Shown here in pieces: positions 1 to 9,319 of a stretch of DNA of 64,000 nt (position 1 is the stretch's first letter; the number at the start of each line of letters is the position of its first letter). A model generated the notes under the pieces. That model worked only from the letters and a program-made list of their open reading frames with translations, was not told the origin of the DNA and made no database searches. The position numbers and the translations under genes were made by a program. This DNA comes from Clostridia bacterium. Lineage in GTDB: Bacteria > Bacillota > Clostridia > UMGS1840 > HGM11507. The stretch is from positions 23,994 through 87,993 of the forward strand of contig JAFQLQ010000003.1 of NCBI GenBank assembly GCA_017414505.1. Reading direction: 5' to 3'.

Positions 1-582
1 GTTACCGGTGGTGTAAACGCTTTTGCTATGGGTATTAAATCTGTAAATCCTGATGCTGTTGTTTATGTTAAAGTAACAAATTCCTGGTTCGATCCTACTG
101 CTGAACAGCAGGCTGCAGAAGCTTTGCTAAGCATGGGATGTGACGTTATTGGTCAGCATTGTGATACAACTGCTCCTCAGCTTGCAGCAGAAGCTAAAGG
201 TGTTTGGGGTTGCGGTTACAACTCAGATATGACAAAAGACGCTCCCAAAGCTCACTTAACAGCTCCTATCTGGAACTGGGGTGTATATTATACAAAAGCA
301 ACAAAAGCTGCTATGGAAGGCACTTGGAAAGCTGAAAACTACTTTGGCGGTATGGATGACGGTTTAGTTGACATTTCTCCTCTTTCCGAAAACTGTGCTG
401 AAGGTACCCAGGAAGCTATCGACGCTGTAAGAGAAAAAATCAAGAGTGGCGAATTCAAAGTATTCCAGGATGAAATCAAAGATAACAAAGGCAATATCGT
501 ATGTAAAGCCGGAGAAGTTATTTCTGATGCAGATATCACAGGAAATATGACTTGGTATTTTGAAAATATTGAAGTAAAATAA
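1..582 (+). CDS. BMP-family (PnrA/Med-like) ABC substrate-binding protein, C-terminal part; 5' end lies outside the window
   Basis: The frame of ORF 28..582 stays open back to base 1. The sequence is BMP/basic-membrane-protein-like. It is followed by a two-domain ATPase and two permeases, the nucleoside-uptake (NupNOPQ-like) gene order. Confidence 0.8.
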   Translation, partial: VTGGVNAFAMGIKSVNPDAVVYVKVTNSWFDPTAEQQAAEALLSMGCDVIGQHCDTTAPQLAAEAKGVWGCGYNSDMTKDAPKAHLTAPIWNWGVYYTKATKAAMEGTWKAENYFGGMDDGLVDISPLSENCAEGTQEAIDAVREKIKSGEFKVFQDEIKDNKGNIVCKAGEVISDADITGNMTWYFENIEVK

Positions 583-597
583 TATAAGTTAACTTAA

Positions 598-638
598 GGG
601 GCGTCCCTGAATTATATAATTTAGGGACACCCTTTTTT
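598..638 (+). terminator. Rho-independent terminator/attenuator between the binding-protein gene and the ATPase gene
   Basis: GGGGCGTCCCT (598-608) pairs with AGGGACACCC (623-632) with one mismatch. It is followed by TTTTTT (633-638). Confidence 0.6.
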
Positions 639-660
639 GTATAAAAGGCAGGTGTCAGCT

Positions 661-2184
661 ATGAATAATACGGCAATTGAGTTAAGCGGAATCAGAAAAA
701 CTTTTGGTACGGTAATTGCCAATAACAACGTAAATTTATCTGTAAATAAAGGTGAGATTCTTGCTTTGCTTGGAGAAAACGGTTCGGGAAAAACAACTCT
801 TATGAATATTCTTGCCGGCATTTATCTTCCGGATGAAGGTACAATTAAAGTAGATGGAAAAGAGGTTCATATAAATTCTCCCGAGGATGCAAATAAGCTG
901 GGTATAGGAATGATTCATCAGCATTTTAAGCTTATTGAAGTTCATTCTGCGGCGGATAACATAATTCTCGGAAGCAAAGATAATCCTTTTTTCCTAACTA
1001 AAAAACGTTCTCAGAAAATTCATGAAATAAGTGAAAGTTTTGGTCTTGAAATTGATCCTGATAAAAAGATTTACAATATGTCTGTCAGCGAAAAACAAAC
1101 AGTAGAAATTTTAAAGGTGTTGTATAAAGGTGCAAAAATACTTATTCTTGATGAACCAACTGCGGTACTTACACCGCAGGAAACAAAAAAACTGTTTGCA
1201 ATTTTAAGAAAAATGAAAGAAAAAGGCTGTGCTGTTATTATAATCACTCATAAGCTAAATGAAGTTCTTGAAATAAGTGACAGAGTTACCATTTTAAGAA
1301 AAGGAGAAAGTATAACAACCGTAAATACTGCCGAAACAAATGCTAATGAATTAACTGAGCTTATGGTTGGTAAAGCAGTAGAGCTTTCAATCGACAGACC
1401 TGAAACTGAATATAATGAAAATGTTTTGGAAATTCATCGTCTGACTGTTCAGAACGAAGAAGGTATGGATGCATTAAAAGATGTCAGCTTTTCGCTGAAA
1501 AAAGGCGAAATTCTTGGTGTTGCAGGTATTGCCGGAAGCGGTCAGAAAGAGCTTTGCGAAGCAATAGCAGGCCTCCTTAAAGCAAAAGAAGGTGCTATTT
1601 TGCATCACAAACAGAATTTAGTTGGCAAAACTCCTGCAGAAATTATTAATCTTGGAGTTTCTATGAGCTTTATCCCGGAGGACAGACTTGGAATGGGGCT
1701 TGTGGCTTCTATGGGAATGGTTGAAAATATGCTTCTTAAAACCTATTCACAGGGAAAAACACCTTTTGTTGAAAAGAAAGAAGCAAGAGAACTTTCAGAA
1801 AAAATTATTGAAAAACTAGAAATTTCAACTCCCGGAATTGACACCCCGGTTAGAAGACTTTCCGGCGGTAATGTTCAAAAGGTTTTACTTGGCAGAGAAA
1901 TAGAAAATAATCCAAACGTTCTTATTACAGCCTATGCAGTAAGAGGTCTTGATATAAATTCTTCCTATACAGTTTATGATGCTTTAAATGAGCAGAAACA
2001 AAAAGGTGTTGCTATTCTGTTTATAGGTGAAGACCTTGATGTTATGCTCGAACTTTGTGACCGTATAATGGTACTTTGTCATGGTGAAATTACAGGTATT
2101 GTTAATGCCGGGGAAACAACCAAAGAAGAACTTGGACTGCTGATGACAGGTGCTATAAACAAGGGGGTGAGTGCTAATGCTTAA
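661..2184 (+). CDS. ABC transporter ATP-binding protein with two fused ATPase domains
   Basis: Walker A GENGSGKTT and Walker B ILILDEPT. The second domain has GIAGSGQKEL and signature LSGGNVQK. ATG 661 is preferred over TTG 637, which lies in the terminator T-tract. Confidence 0.9.
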   Translation: MNNTAIELSGIRKTFGTVIANNNVNLSVNKGEILALLGENGSGKTTLMNILAGIYLPDEGTIKVDGKEVHINSPEDANKLGIGMIHQHFKLIEVHSAADNIILGSKDNPFFLTKKRSQKIHEISESFGLEIDPDKKIYNMSVSEKQTVEILKVLYKGAKILILDEPTAVLTPQETKKLFAILRKMKEKGCAVIIITHKLNEVLEISDRVTILRKGESITTVNTAETNANELTELMVGKAVELSIDRPETEYNENVLEIHRLTVQNEEGMDALKDVSFSLKKGEILGVAGIAGSGQKELCEAIAGLLKAKEGAILHHKQNLVGKTPAEIINLGVSMSFIPEDRLGMGLVASMGMVENMLLKTYSQGKTPFVEKKEARELSEKIIEKLEISTPGIDTPVRRLSGGNVQKVLLGREIENNPNVLITAYAVRGLDINSSYTVYDALNEQKQKGVAILFIGEDLDVMLELCDRIMVLCHGEITGIVNAGETTKEELGLLMTGAINKGVSANA

Positions 2185-3256
2185 ATCTGGCGAACCATTT
2201 GTAAGAATAGTAAAAAACGATATTTCTGACAGGAAAGCAGCCTTGCTTTCTGTGTATGCAGTAATATTTGCTATTATAATGGGCGGAATTTTTATTTTAT
2301 GTCTTGGTATTAATCCGTTTAATGCTTACGCAAGCATTTTAAAAGGAGCACTCGCAACAAAAATGGCAATTCAGGCAACTGTTAAAATTGCTATTCCACT
2401 TTTGATTTCTGCACTTGGTATTACACTTGCATTTAAAATGAAGTTCTGGAATATAGGTGCCGAAGGTCAGATAATTGTCGGTGGAATTTTTGCTACTTAT
2501 TTTGCACTGTTCCATCATAACCTTCCTCACTTTGTTCTTATTCTTGTAATGCTTATTGCCGGAATGATTGGCGGTGGATTGTGGGCACTTATCCCGGCAT
2601 ATTTTAAGTGTAAATTTGATACCAACGAAACACTTTTCACTCTTATGCTTAACTATATTGCTTTGTATTTTATAAAGTTCTTTGTAGAAGGCCCCTGGCG
2701 TGATCCGGAATCCTCCGGGTTCCCAAAAATAGCAATGTTTGAGCAAAATGCCAGACTAGACAAGGTTTTTGGCGTTCACGCAGGCTGGATTATTGCACTG
2801 GTACTCGTTGTTTTTATTTTCATTTATCTTAAATATACAAAGCAGGGCTACGAAATCAGCGTAGTCGGAGAAAGTCAGAATACTGCAAGATATGCAGGTA
2901 TGAATGTTAAAAAGATTGTTTTAAGAACAATGTTTTTAAGTGGTGCTGTTTGTGGTCTTGCCGGAATGGCACAGGTTAGCGGTGCGGCATTCACTTTGTC
3001 GGATGGTGTTGCAGGCGGTGTAGGATTTGATGCAATTATTGTTGCATGGCTTGCAAGGCTTAATCCGTTTGTGTGTGTTGTTGTTACACTTCTTTTAAGC
3101 ATACTGGAAAAAGGCTGTTCTGTTATGCAGAGTACATTCGGACTTTCAACAGCGGTTTCGGATATTCTGCAGGGAATTATACTTTTCTGTATTCTTGGAT
3201 TTGATTTCTTTGCACAGTATAAACCTGTATTCAGAAATGGAGGTGCCGCAAAATGA
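2177..3256 (+). CDS. ABC transporter permease
   Basis: Multi-TM hydrophobic ORF that overlaps the ATPase stop codon. ATG 2177 lies about 8 nt after a GGGGG SD-like run; GTG 2171 is the alternative start. Confidence 0.85.
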   Translation: MLKSGEPFVRIVKNDISDRKAALLSVYAVIFAIIMGGIFILCLGINPFNAYASILKGALATKMAIQATVKIAIPLLISALGITLAFKMKFWNIGAEGQIIVGGIFATYFALFHHNLPHFVLILVMLIAGMIGGGLWALIPAYFKCKFDTNETLFTLMLNYIALYFIKFFVEGPWRDPESSGFPKIAMFEQNARLDKVFGVHAGWIIALVLVVFIFIYLKYTKQGYEISVVGESQNTARYAGMNVKKIVLRTMFLSGAVCGLAGMAQVSGAAFTLSDGVAGGVGFDAIIVAWLARLNPFVCVVVTLLLSILEKGCSVMQSTFGLSTAVSDILQGIILFCILGFDFFAQYKPVFRNGGAAK

Positions 3257-4209
3257 TGAGATTTATTGACTTTTTATATGCAGCCATTAAAGCCGGCACA
3301 CCGCTTCTTTTCGGCACAACAGGCGAAATTATCACAGAAAAAACAGGTAACCTTAATCTTGGTGTTGAGGGTATGATGTATATGGGAGCTTTTGCAGGCT
3401 TCTTTGTTGGTTATCATACATCAAACCTGGCACTGGCGCTTATAGCCGCTTTTGTTATCGGAGCTTTTGGCGCGCTTATTTACGCTTTTCTTACTGTTAC
3501 ATTGAGAGCAAACCAGACTGTTACCGGACTTGCGCTTACTATTTTCGGAACGGGTTTTGCAAACTTTTTTGGTCAGCTTATGATTAAGCATGCTCCTAAT
3601 GGTACACCAAAACTTTCCGAAACATTTATGGATGCGGTTTCTGCAAAAGGTATTCCGCTTCTTTCATCAATACCCTATGTAGGAAAACTATTGTTTTCTC
3701 ACAATGTTTTGGTGTATATTGCTATTATAGTTGCTATAATTTGCGGAATTTACTTAAAATATACAAGAGCCGGACTTAATATGCGTTCTGTTGGTGAAAA
3801 TCCGGCAGCAGCTGATGCGGCAGGACTTAATATTACATTTATAAAGTATTTCAATATTACTCTTGGCGGTGGAATCTGCGGACTTGGCGGAGCTTATATT
3901 TCACTTATAAACGGTGGCGGCGTGTGGAATAACGGATGTGTTAACGGTCAGGGATGGATTGCGGTTGCACTTGTTATTTTCGCAAGCTGGAGTCCTGTTA
4001 AAGCACTTTTTGGTTCACTGGTATTTGGTGCAACAACGGTTCTTCAGTATTACGTACCTAAGGATATTATTGAAATTCCGAATGCATTTTATGTTATGTT
4101 GCCTTTCGTTATAACGGCAATTGTGCTTGTTATAACATCAATCAAACAAACAAAAGAAGGCGCTCAGCCGTTGGGATGCAGTAATAATTATTTCAGAGAA
4201 GAAAGATAA
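3253..4209 (+). CDS. ABC transporter permease
   Basis: ATGA start/stop overlap with the upstream permease, and a GGAGGTG SD 7 nt upstream. Multi-TM protein. Confidence 0.85.
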   Translation: MMRFIDFLYAAIKAGTPLLFGTTGEIITEKTGNLNLGVEGMMYMGAFAGFFVGYHTSNLALALIAAFVIGAFGALIYAFLTVTLRANQTVTGLALTIFGTGFANFFGQLMIKHAPNGTPKLSETFMDAVSAKGIPLLSSIPYVGKLLFSHNVLVYIAIIVAIICGIYLKYTRAGLNMRSVGENPAAADAAGLNITFIKYFNITLGGGICGLGGAYISLINGGGVWNNGCVNGQGWIAVALVIFASWSPVKALFGSLVFGATTVLQYYVPKDIIEIPNAFYVMLPFVITAIVLVITSIKQTKEGAQPLGCSNNYFREER

Positions 4210-4216
4210 TAATAAA

Positions 4217-4266
4217 GGGGCTAAAGCAAACCTGATTTAAAAAATCGTTTTGCTGCAGCCCCTTTT
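4217..4266 (+). terminator. Rho-independent terminator of the ABC importer operon
   Basis: GGGGCT..AGCAAA (4217-4230) pairs with TTTGCT..AGCCCC (4249-4262) around a 2-nt internal mismatch, then TTTT. Confidence 0.6.
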
Positions 4267-4273
4267 AAATTGC

Positions 4274-4300
4274 ACTAATTTAAACTATCCACATATTATA
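4274..4300 (+). promoter_or_regulatory. Candidate sigma-K-type sporulation promoter upstream of dpaA
   Basis: AC (4274-4275), a 16-nt spacer, then CATATTATA (4292-4300). This matches the B. subtilis sigma-K consensus AC-N16/17-CATAnnnTA, about 39 nt upstream of the dpaA ATG. Confidence 0.4.
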
Positions 4301-4338
4301 TATTAGAGTAAAAACTCTATATAGTGGAGGTATAAATA

Positions 4339-5208
4339 ATGCTTGCAAATGTTTTAATACTTGGCGGCGATTTACGTCAGATTCGTGTAGGGGAGGAGTT
4401 TTTTTCAGATTCTTACAACGTAAGCTTTTGCGGATTTGACAGGGAGTTTATTAATTCTGAGTTTGAATTATATGATAATTTGTTTGATGCACTTAACGAA
4501 AACGATATAATTATTATGGGACTTCCGGTATCAAAAGACGCAGTTAAGTTAAATACCCCTTTGTATAAAGGTGAAATACTGCTTGATGATATTGTTAAAT
4601 GTGCAAAATGTCAGACTGTATTTTTAGGCGGTATTCCGGACGAAATATTTATTAAAAAACTTAAGAGAAAGACAGAAAACGTTTTTGACTATTACTCACG
4701 AGAGGAACTTATAATAAAAAATATTATTCCTACTGTGGAGGGCGCAATTTCCATTGCCATAGAAGAAACGCCGTTTACTCTCTATGGAAGCAATGTGCTT
4801 GTTACGGGATTTGGAAGAATCAGCAAACTTCTGGCACGGTATCTTGATGCGCTGGGAGCAAATGTAACAGTAAGCGCAAGGAAATTACATGATCTGGCAT
4901 GGATTGAAACCTTGTCATACAAAAATATCAGAACTTCTGAAATTTGCAAAACAATAGGGGAATACGACATAATTTTTAATACTGTTCCGGCAACTGTAAT
5001 TGATAAAAATTGTATTGATAATGTGAAACCGGATGTACTTATAATAGACCTTGCCTCAAAGCCGGGCGGAGTCGATTTTAACTATGCCAGGGAAAAAGGT
5101 ATAAAAACAATATGGGCGCTTTCACTTCCGGGAAAGGTTGCACCTCTTAGTGCAGGAAAAATAATAAAAGAAACAATTAAAAATATTCTGGATGAACTGG
5201 GGGGATAG
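4339..5208 (+). CDS. dpaA: Dipicolinate synthase subunit A (SpoVFA-like)
   Basis: N-terminal LILGGDLRQ, a Rossmann-type VTGFGRISK, and overall SpoVFA-like length. The flavoprotein-type B subunit follows after a 3-nt gap. SD is GGAGG. Confidence 0.85.
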   Translation: MLANVLILGGDLRQIRVGEEFFSDSYNVSFCGFDREFINSEFELYDNLFDALNENDIIIMGLPVSKDAVKLNTPLYKGEILLDDIVKCAKCQTVFLGGIPDEIFIKKLKRKTENVFDYYSREELIIKNIIPTVEGAISIAIEETPFTLYGSNVLVTGFGRISKLLARYLDALGANVTVSARKLHDLAWIETLSYKNIRTSEICKTIGEYDIIFNTVPATVIDKNCIDNVKPDVLIIDLASKPGGVDFNYAREKGIKTIWALSLPGKVAPLSAGKIIKETIKNILDELGG

Positions 5209-5211
5209 ATT

Positions 5212-5784
5212 ATGGATGAAATAACAGTCGGTTTTGCAATGACCGGTTCGTATTGCACTTTTGCGCAGGTTTTTCCGCAACTTGAAAAACTGTGCGAAAA
5301 CGGATATAAGGTGTATCCTATTATGTCGGAAAATGTGCAGAAAACTGATACAAGATTCGGAAAAGCTGCAGATTTTATAAAAAGAGCAGAGGAAATAACA
5401 GGAAACAGATTGCTAAAATCAATACCTGATGTTGAGCCTATCGGGCCTAAAAAATTAACTGATGCACTTATTGTTGCACCGTGTACGGGAAACACACTTG
5501 CAAAGCTTGCAAACGGAATAACGGATACAACCGTAACAATGGCAGTAAAATCAACCCTTCGTAATAATAAGCCGATTATTATTGCAGTTTCAACAAACGA
5601 CGGACTCGCTAACTCTGCCAAAAATATTGGTCATTTACTTAATTATAAAAATATATATTTTGTTCCGTTTAAACAGGATGATCCATATTGTAAAGAGCGC
5701 TCTTTAGTAGCGGATATGGATAAAATTAACGAAACATTAATAAATGCTCTTTCGGGTAAGCAGGAAGAGCCGATAATAAAATAA
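5212..5784 (+). CDS. dpaB: Dipicolinate synthase subunit B (SpoVFB-like flavoprotein)
   Basis: MTGSYCTF..APCTGNTLAKLANGITD flavoprotein-family blocks. Adjacent to dpaA. Confidence 0.85.
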   Translation: MDEITVGFAMTGSYCTFAQVFPQLEKLCENGYKVYPIMSENVQKTDTRFGKAADFIKRAEEITGNRLLKSIPDVEPIGPKKLTDALIVAPCTGNTLAKLANGITDTTVTMAVKSTLRNNKPIIIAVSTNDGLANSAKNIGHLLNYKNIYFVPFKQDDPYCKERSLVADMDKINETLINALSGKQEEPIIK

Positions 5785-5810
5785 AGGAGCAACCGCTCCT
5801 TTATTTTATT
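5783..5810. terminator. Bidirectional terminator between convergent dpaB and the ABC exporter gene
   Basis: AAAGGAGC (5783-5790), loop AACC, GCTCCTTT (5795-5802). It is flanked by A-run and T-run sequence on both strands. Confidence 0.6.
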
Positions 5811-7614
5811 CAAACTGTGAATTGTAAAGTGTACTGTAAAATCCGCCTTTTTTCATAAGCTCATCATGATTTCCGGATTCGGTTATTTTACCGTTTTGGA
5901 GAACAATAATTTTATCTGCATTTTGTATTGTGGACAATCTGTGTGCAATAATAAAACAGGTTCTGCCCTTCATAAGCTCGTTCATCGCTTCCTGAATTTT
6001 TATTTCTGTTCTTGAATCTACATTGGATGTTGCTTCGTCAAGAATAAGTATCTGTGAATTGGAAATCATTGCTCTTGCAATTGTTATAAGCTGTTTCTGA
6101 CCTTTTGAAATGTTAATCCCGTCATCGGTTAGTATGGTGTTATATCCGTCGGGCAGGCTTTCAATATAACTGTCAATTTTAGCAGCTTTTGCCGCCGCCT
6201 TTACTTCTTCAAAGGTTGCATTTTCTCTTCCGTATGCAATGTTATCATAAATAGTTCCGCAAAAAAGCCATGTATCCTGTAAAACCATCGTGTAGGTCTT
6301 GCGAAGAGATTTTCTTGTAATATTTCTTATATCGTTGCCGTCTAATGTAACCGAACCGTCTGAAACATCATAAAAACGCATAAGAAGATTGATTATTGTT
6401 GTTTTTCCGGCTCCGGTAGGTCCTACAATTGCTATGGTTTTTCCGGGTGAGGCAGTAAGTGAAATTCCGTGAAGAATGGTTTTATCCGGAGAGTATCCGA
6501 AAACAACGTTATTAAAATCAACTTTTCCATCTGTTTTTTCAAGCTTTAATGCACCAAAAGAATCCTCTGTTTCCGGCTCTTCATCAAGAACCTTGAAAAT
6601 TCTTTCAGCAGCAGAAAGAGCTGATTGAAATTCTGTAATTATGTTTGCAAATTCGTTTATCGGTCCTGCAAATTTTCTTGAATACTGAACAAACTGTGCC
6701 ACACCGCCAAGTGTTATGAAAAACAGTGTACCCTGAGGAGTTGTACCGTTTTGAGAATACATATAAAGTATTCCGCCTAAAATCATAATAAGCGAAATGG
6801 AAAGATTGTTTATAAAGCCAACAGATGGGCCCATTGTGCCTCCGTAATAGTCAGCCTCATAATAAGCATTCATAGAGTCGTTGTTTCGTTTGTTAAAACG
6901 ATTTCCTATTTCTTCTTCCCGGGAATATGCCTGAATTGTACGAAGTCCGGATAACATTTCCTCAGCGTAACCGTTGAGCTCGCCTAATTTTCTTGAACGC
7001 TTCCTAAAAAGCGGACGAACTTTTTTTGAACGGTATCTTGTAAAAATAATTGCAGTTGGAACCGTTATTACAAAAACAAGAATAAGCGGCTTTGAAATAT
7101 TCCACATAAATACCAGTGAACCCACAACTGTGTAAATACTGGTCATCACCTGAACAAGGTCATGGGAGAGTGTGCTGTTCAAAGTATCAATATCGTAAGA
7201 AATTCTGCTTATTATATCTCCTGTAGGATGGGTATCAAAATATCCTACAGGTAAGGAAAGAAGCTTTTCGAAAAGCTGACAACGCATAGTATATACAATT
7301 TTCTGACTTATGTAAATCATAAGAACTGCCAGAAGATATGATAAAACCGCTGAAAAAATATAGCATATAAGCATCAGTATAATATTTTTCTGAACAGCAG
7401 TAAAATCAACTCCGCTGATATTTGCTATGGCATCTATCGCTTCTCCGGAATATTTCGGTCCCAAAAGAGAAAGCTGGTTGGAAAACAATGTCATAACTAT
7501 TGACGGAATAAAAAGATACCAGTATTTCATTACATAGCCTAATATTCTTATAAGTATATTGCGGGCGGTTTTTCTGTCGATTTTTTTCTTTTCAGGTCTA
7601 TTCAACAAAAGCAC
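5806..7614 (-). CDS. ABC exporter permease/ATPase half-transporter (canonical catalytic Walker B, deviant signature)
   Basis: N-terminal 6-TM domain plus an NBD. Walker A GPTGAGKTT, Walker B ILILDEATS, signature ISKGQKQ in place of LSGGQ. Confidence 0.9.
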   Translation of the reverse strand: MLLLNRPEKKKIDRKTARNILIRILGYVMKYWYLFIPSIVMTLFSNQLSLLGPKYSGEAIDAIANISGVDFTAVQKNIILMLICYIFSAVLSYLLAVLMIYISQKIVYTMRCQLFEKLLSLPVGYFDTHPTGDIISRISYDIDTLNSTLSHDLVQVMTSIYTVVGSLVFMWNISKPLILVFVITVPTAIIFTRYRSKKVRPLFRKRSRKLGELNGYAEEMLSGLRTIQAYSREEEIGNRFNKRNNDSMNAYYEADYYGGTMGPSVGFINNLSISLIMILGGILYMYSQNGTTPQGTLFFITLGGVAQFVQYSRKFAGPINEFANIITEFQSALSAAERIFKVLDEEPETEDSFGALKLEKTDGKVDFNNVVFGYSPDKTILHGISLTASPGKTIAIVGPTGAGKTTIINLLMRFYDVSDGSVTLDGNDIRNITRKSLRKTYTMVLQDTWLFCGTIYDNIAYGRENATFEEVKAAAKAAKIDSYIESLPDGYNTILTDDGINISKGQKQLITIARAMISNSQILILDEATSNVDSRTEIKIQEAMNELMKGRTCFIIAHRLSTIQNADKIIVLQNGKITESGNHDELMKKGGFYSTLYNSQFE

Positions 7615-9319
7615 CTCCCATCTGAGAATCGCTTATTTCACGGTATTCATTGCAGGATTCAAGCAAGCTTTCGTGAGTTCCGCATCCTATTATTTTTCCG
7701 TTATCCATAACCAGTATCAGATTACAGTCCTTTACAGAGCTTACACGCTGTGCAACGGTGATAAATGTTGTATTTTTGGCACTTTCGTTAAGAGCCGCAC
7801 GTAAAGCCGCGTCAGTTTTATAGTCCAGTGCAGAAGAACTGTCGTCTAAAATTAATATTTCGGGATTTGCCGCAAGTGCTCTTGTGATTAACAAACGTTG
7901 CTTCTGACCGCCTGAAATGTTGGTTCCGTGTTGTGATAGAAGGTGATTGTATCCATCGGAAAATGATGTTATAAAATCGTGAGCTTGAGCAGTTTTTGCT
8001 GCTTTTACAATTTGTTCAAAGGAGATATCTCTGCCGAATTTTATGTTTTCTTCTATTGTGTCGGCATACAGAAAATCGTATTGCTGAGCAGAACCAAACA
8101 TAGTGTACAGCCTGTTTTTTTCTATTGTTCTTATATCTTCTCCGTTTATGTAAATTCCGCCCTTATCAATATCATAAAAACGCATAAGATGCTTTATTAT
8201 TGTGGATTTTCCGGAGCCTGTCGCACCAATAATACCCAGCGAATCGCCTTTTTTCAGCTTGAAACTGATGTTTTCAAGATTATTTCTTTTTTTGTTGTAG
8301 GAAAATGTAACTTTGTCAAAAACAATGTGAAAATCCTTTGAAATATCCGGATATTCTTTTTCAGATTTTACTTTTATGTCTTCCTTTGTATTAAGAACTT
8401 CGGCAATTCTTTTTGCTGATGCGGCACATTTTGTATACATAACAAAAATTCTTGTAACTGCCATCATCGACATGGAAATATGTGTAAAATACTGCATAAA
8501 TGCTATTACTGTTTCGGGCGAGGATAACCCGTTTGCAACACGTCCGCTGCTTAATGCAATAACCGCAACGCTTCCTATGTTCATAAACATAGTCATAACA
8601 GGGTTAACACTTCCCATTATAACACCTGCAGTTGTTTCATTTTTAACAAGTTCACGGTTAACTTCATCATAACGGCGTTGTTCGTAGTCGGTTTTGGAAA
8701 GTGCTTTTATAACTCTTATACCCTGAGAATCCTCGCGGACAACTCTTACCATACGGTCGACCGATTTTTGAACCTTTGTGTAAAGCGGAACACCCTTTTT
8801 TGAAATGAAATATACAGTAGTAAAAATAAAAGGGAGAATTGCAATCATAACAAGAGAAAGTGCCGCATCCATAAATAGTGTTATGGATATACCTCCGATT
8901 AACATAATCGGTGCACGAACACCCATTCTCTGAATCATATTTATGAAATGATGAACGTTGTAGGTATCAGTGGTTATTCTGGATTCAAGGGAAGGAATTG
9001 TAAATTTATCGGTCTGTGCCGCCGATAAAAGGAGTGTTTTTCTGAATAAATCTTTTCTTACATCCTCAGCAAAATTCTTTGATACCAAAGCCGCCATACG
9101 GTTTGCAATAATATTAAGTGCGCACGATATAAACGAGCATATCAGCATTAATACTCCCCAGAAAACAATGTTGTTAACAGATTTTCCCATAACATTGGTT
9201 AAAATGTGAGTTAAAATGTAGGGGAGCATAAGCTCTGCCATTGTGCCTACGGTTTTAATAAAAAAACCGCAGGACATTTTTCTAGAATATTTTTTTAAAT
9301 ACAATAAAACTGTTTTCAT
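7598..9319 (-). CDS. ABC exporter permease/ATPase half-transporter (degenerate Walker B)
   Basis: Walker A GATGSGKST and signature ISGGQKQ. Walker B is ILILDDSSS, with the catalytic Glu replaced by Asp. Overlaps the partner gene by 17 nt. Confidence 0.9.
   Translation of the reverse strand: MKTVLLYLKKYSRKMSCGFFIKTVGTMAELMLPYILTHILTNVMGKSVNNIVFWGVLMLICSFISCALNIIANRMAALVSKNFAEDVRKDLFRKTLLLSAAQTDKFTIPSLESRITTDTYNVHHFINMIQRMGVRAPIMLIGGISITLFMDAALSLVMIAILPFIFTTVYFISKKGVPLYTKVQKSVDRMVRVVREDSQGIRVIKALSKTDYEQRRYDEVNRELVKNETTAGVIMGSVNPVMTMFMNIGSVAVIALSSGRVANGLSSPETVIAFMQYFTHISMSMMAVTRIFVMYTKCAASAKRIAEVLNTKEDIKVKSEKEYPDISKDFHIVFDKVTFSYNKKRNNLENISFKLKKGDSLGIIGATGSGKSTIIKHLMRFYDIDKGGIYINGEDIRTIEKNRLYTMFGSAQQYDFLYADTIEENIKFGRDISFEQIVKAAKTAQAHDFITSFSDGYNHLLSQHGTNISGGQKQRLLITRALAANPEILILDDSSSALDYKTDAALRAALNESAKNTTFITVAQRVSSVKDCNLILVMDNGKIIGCGTHESLLESCNEYREISDSQMGGAFVE

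Noticed and set aside
5082-5621. 179-aa minus-strand ORF, plus similar long antisense or alternate-frame ORFs at 2339-2746, 40774-41202, 47113-47610, 49902-50318 and 50077-50523
   Set aside because: Each lies entirely inside a well-supported gene on the other strand or frame. They lack SD sequences and have odd, low-complexity composition. They are by-products of codon bias in AT-rich coding DNA.
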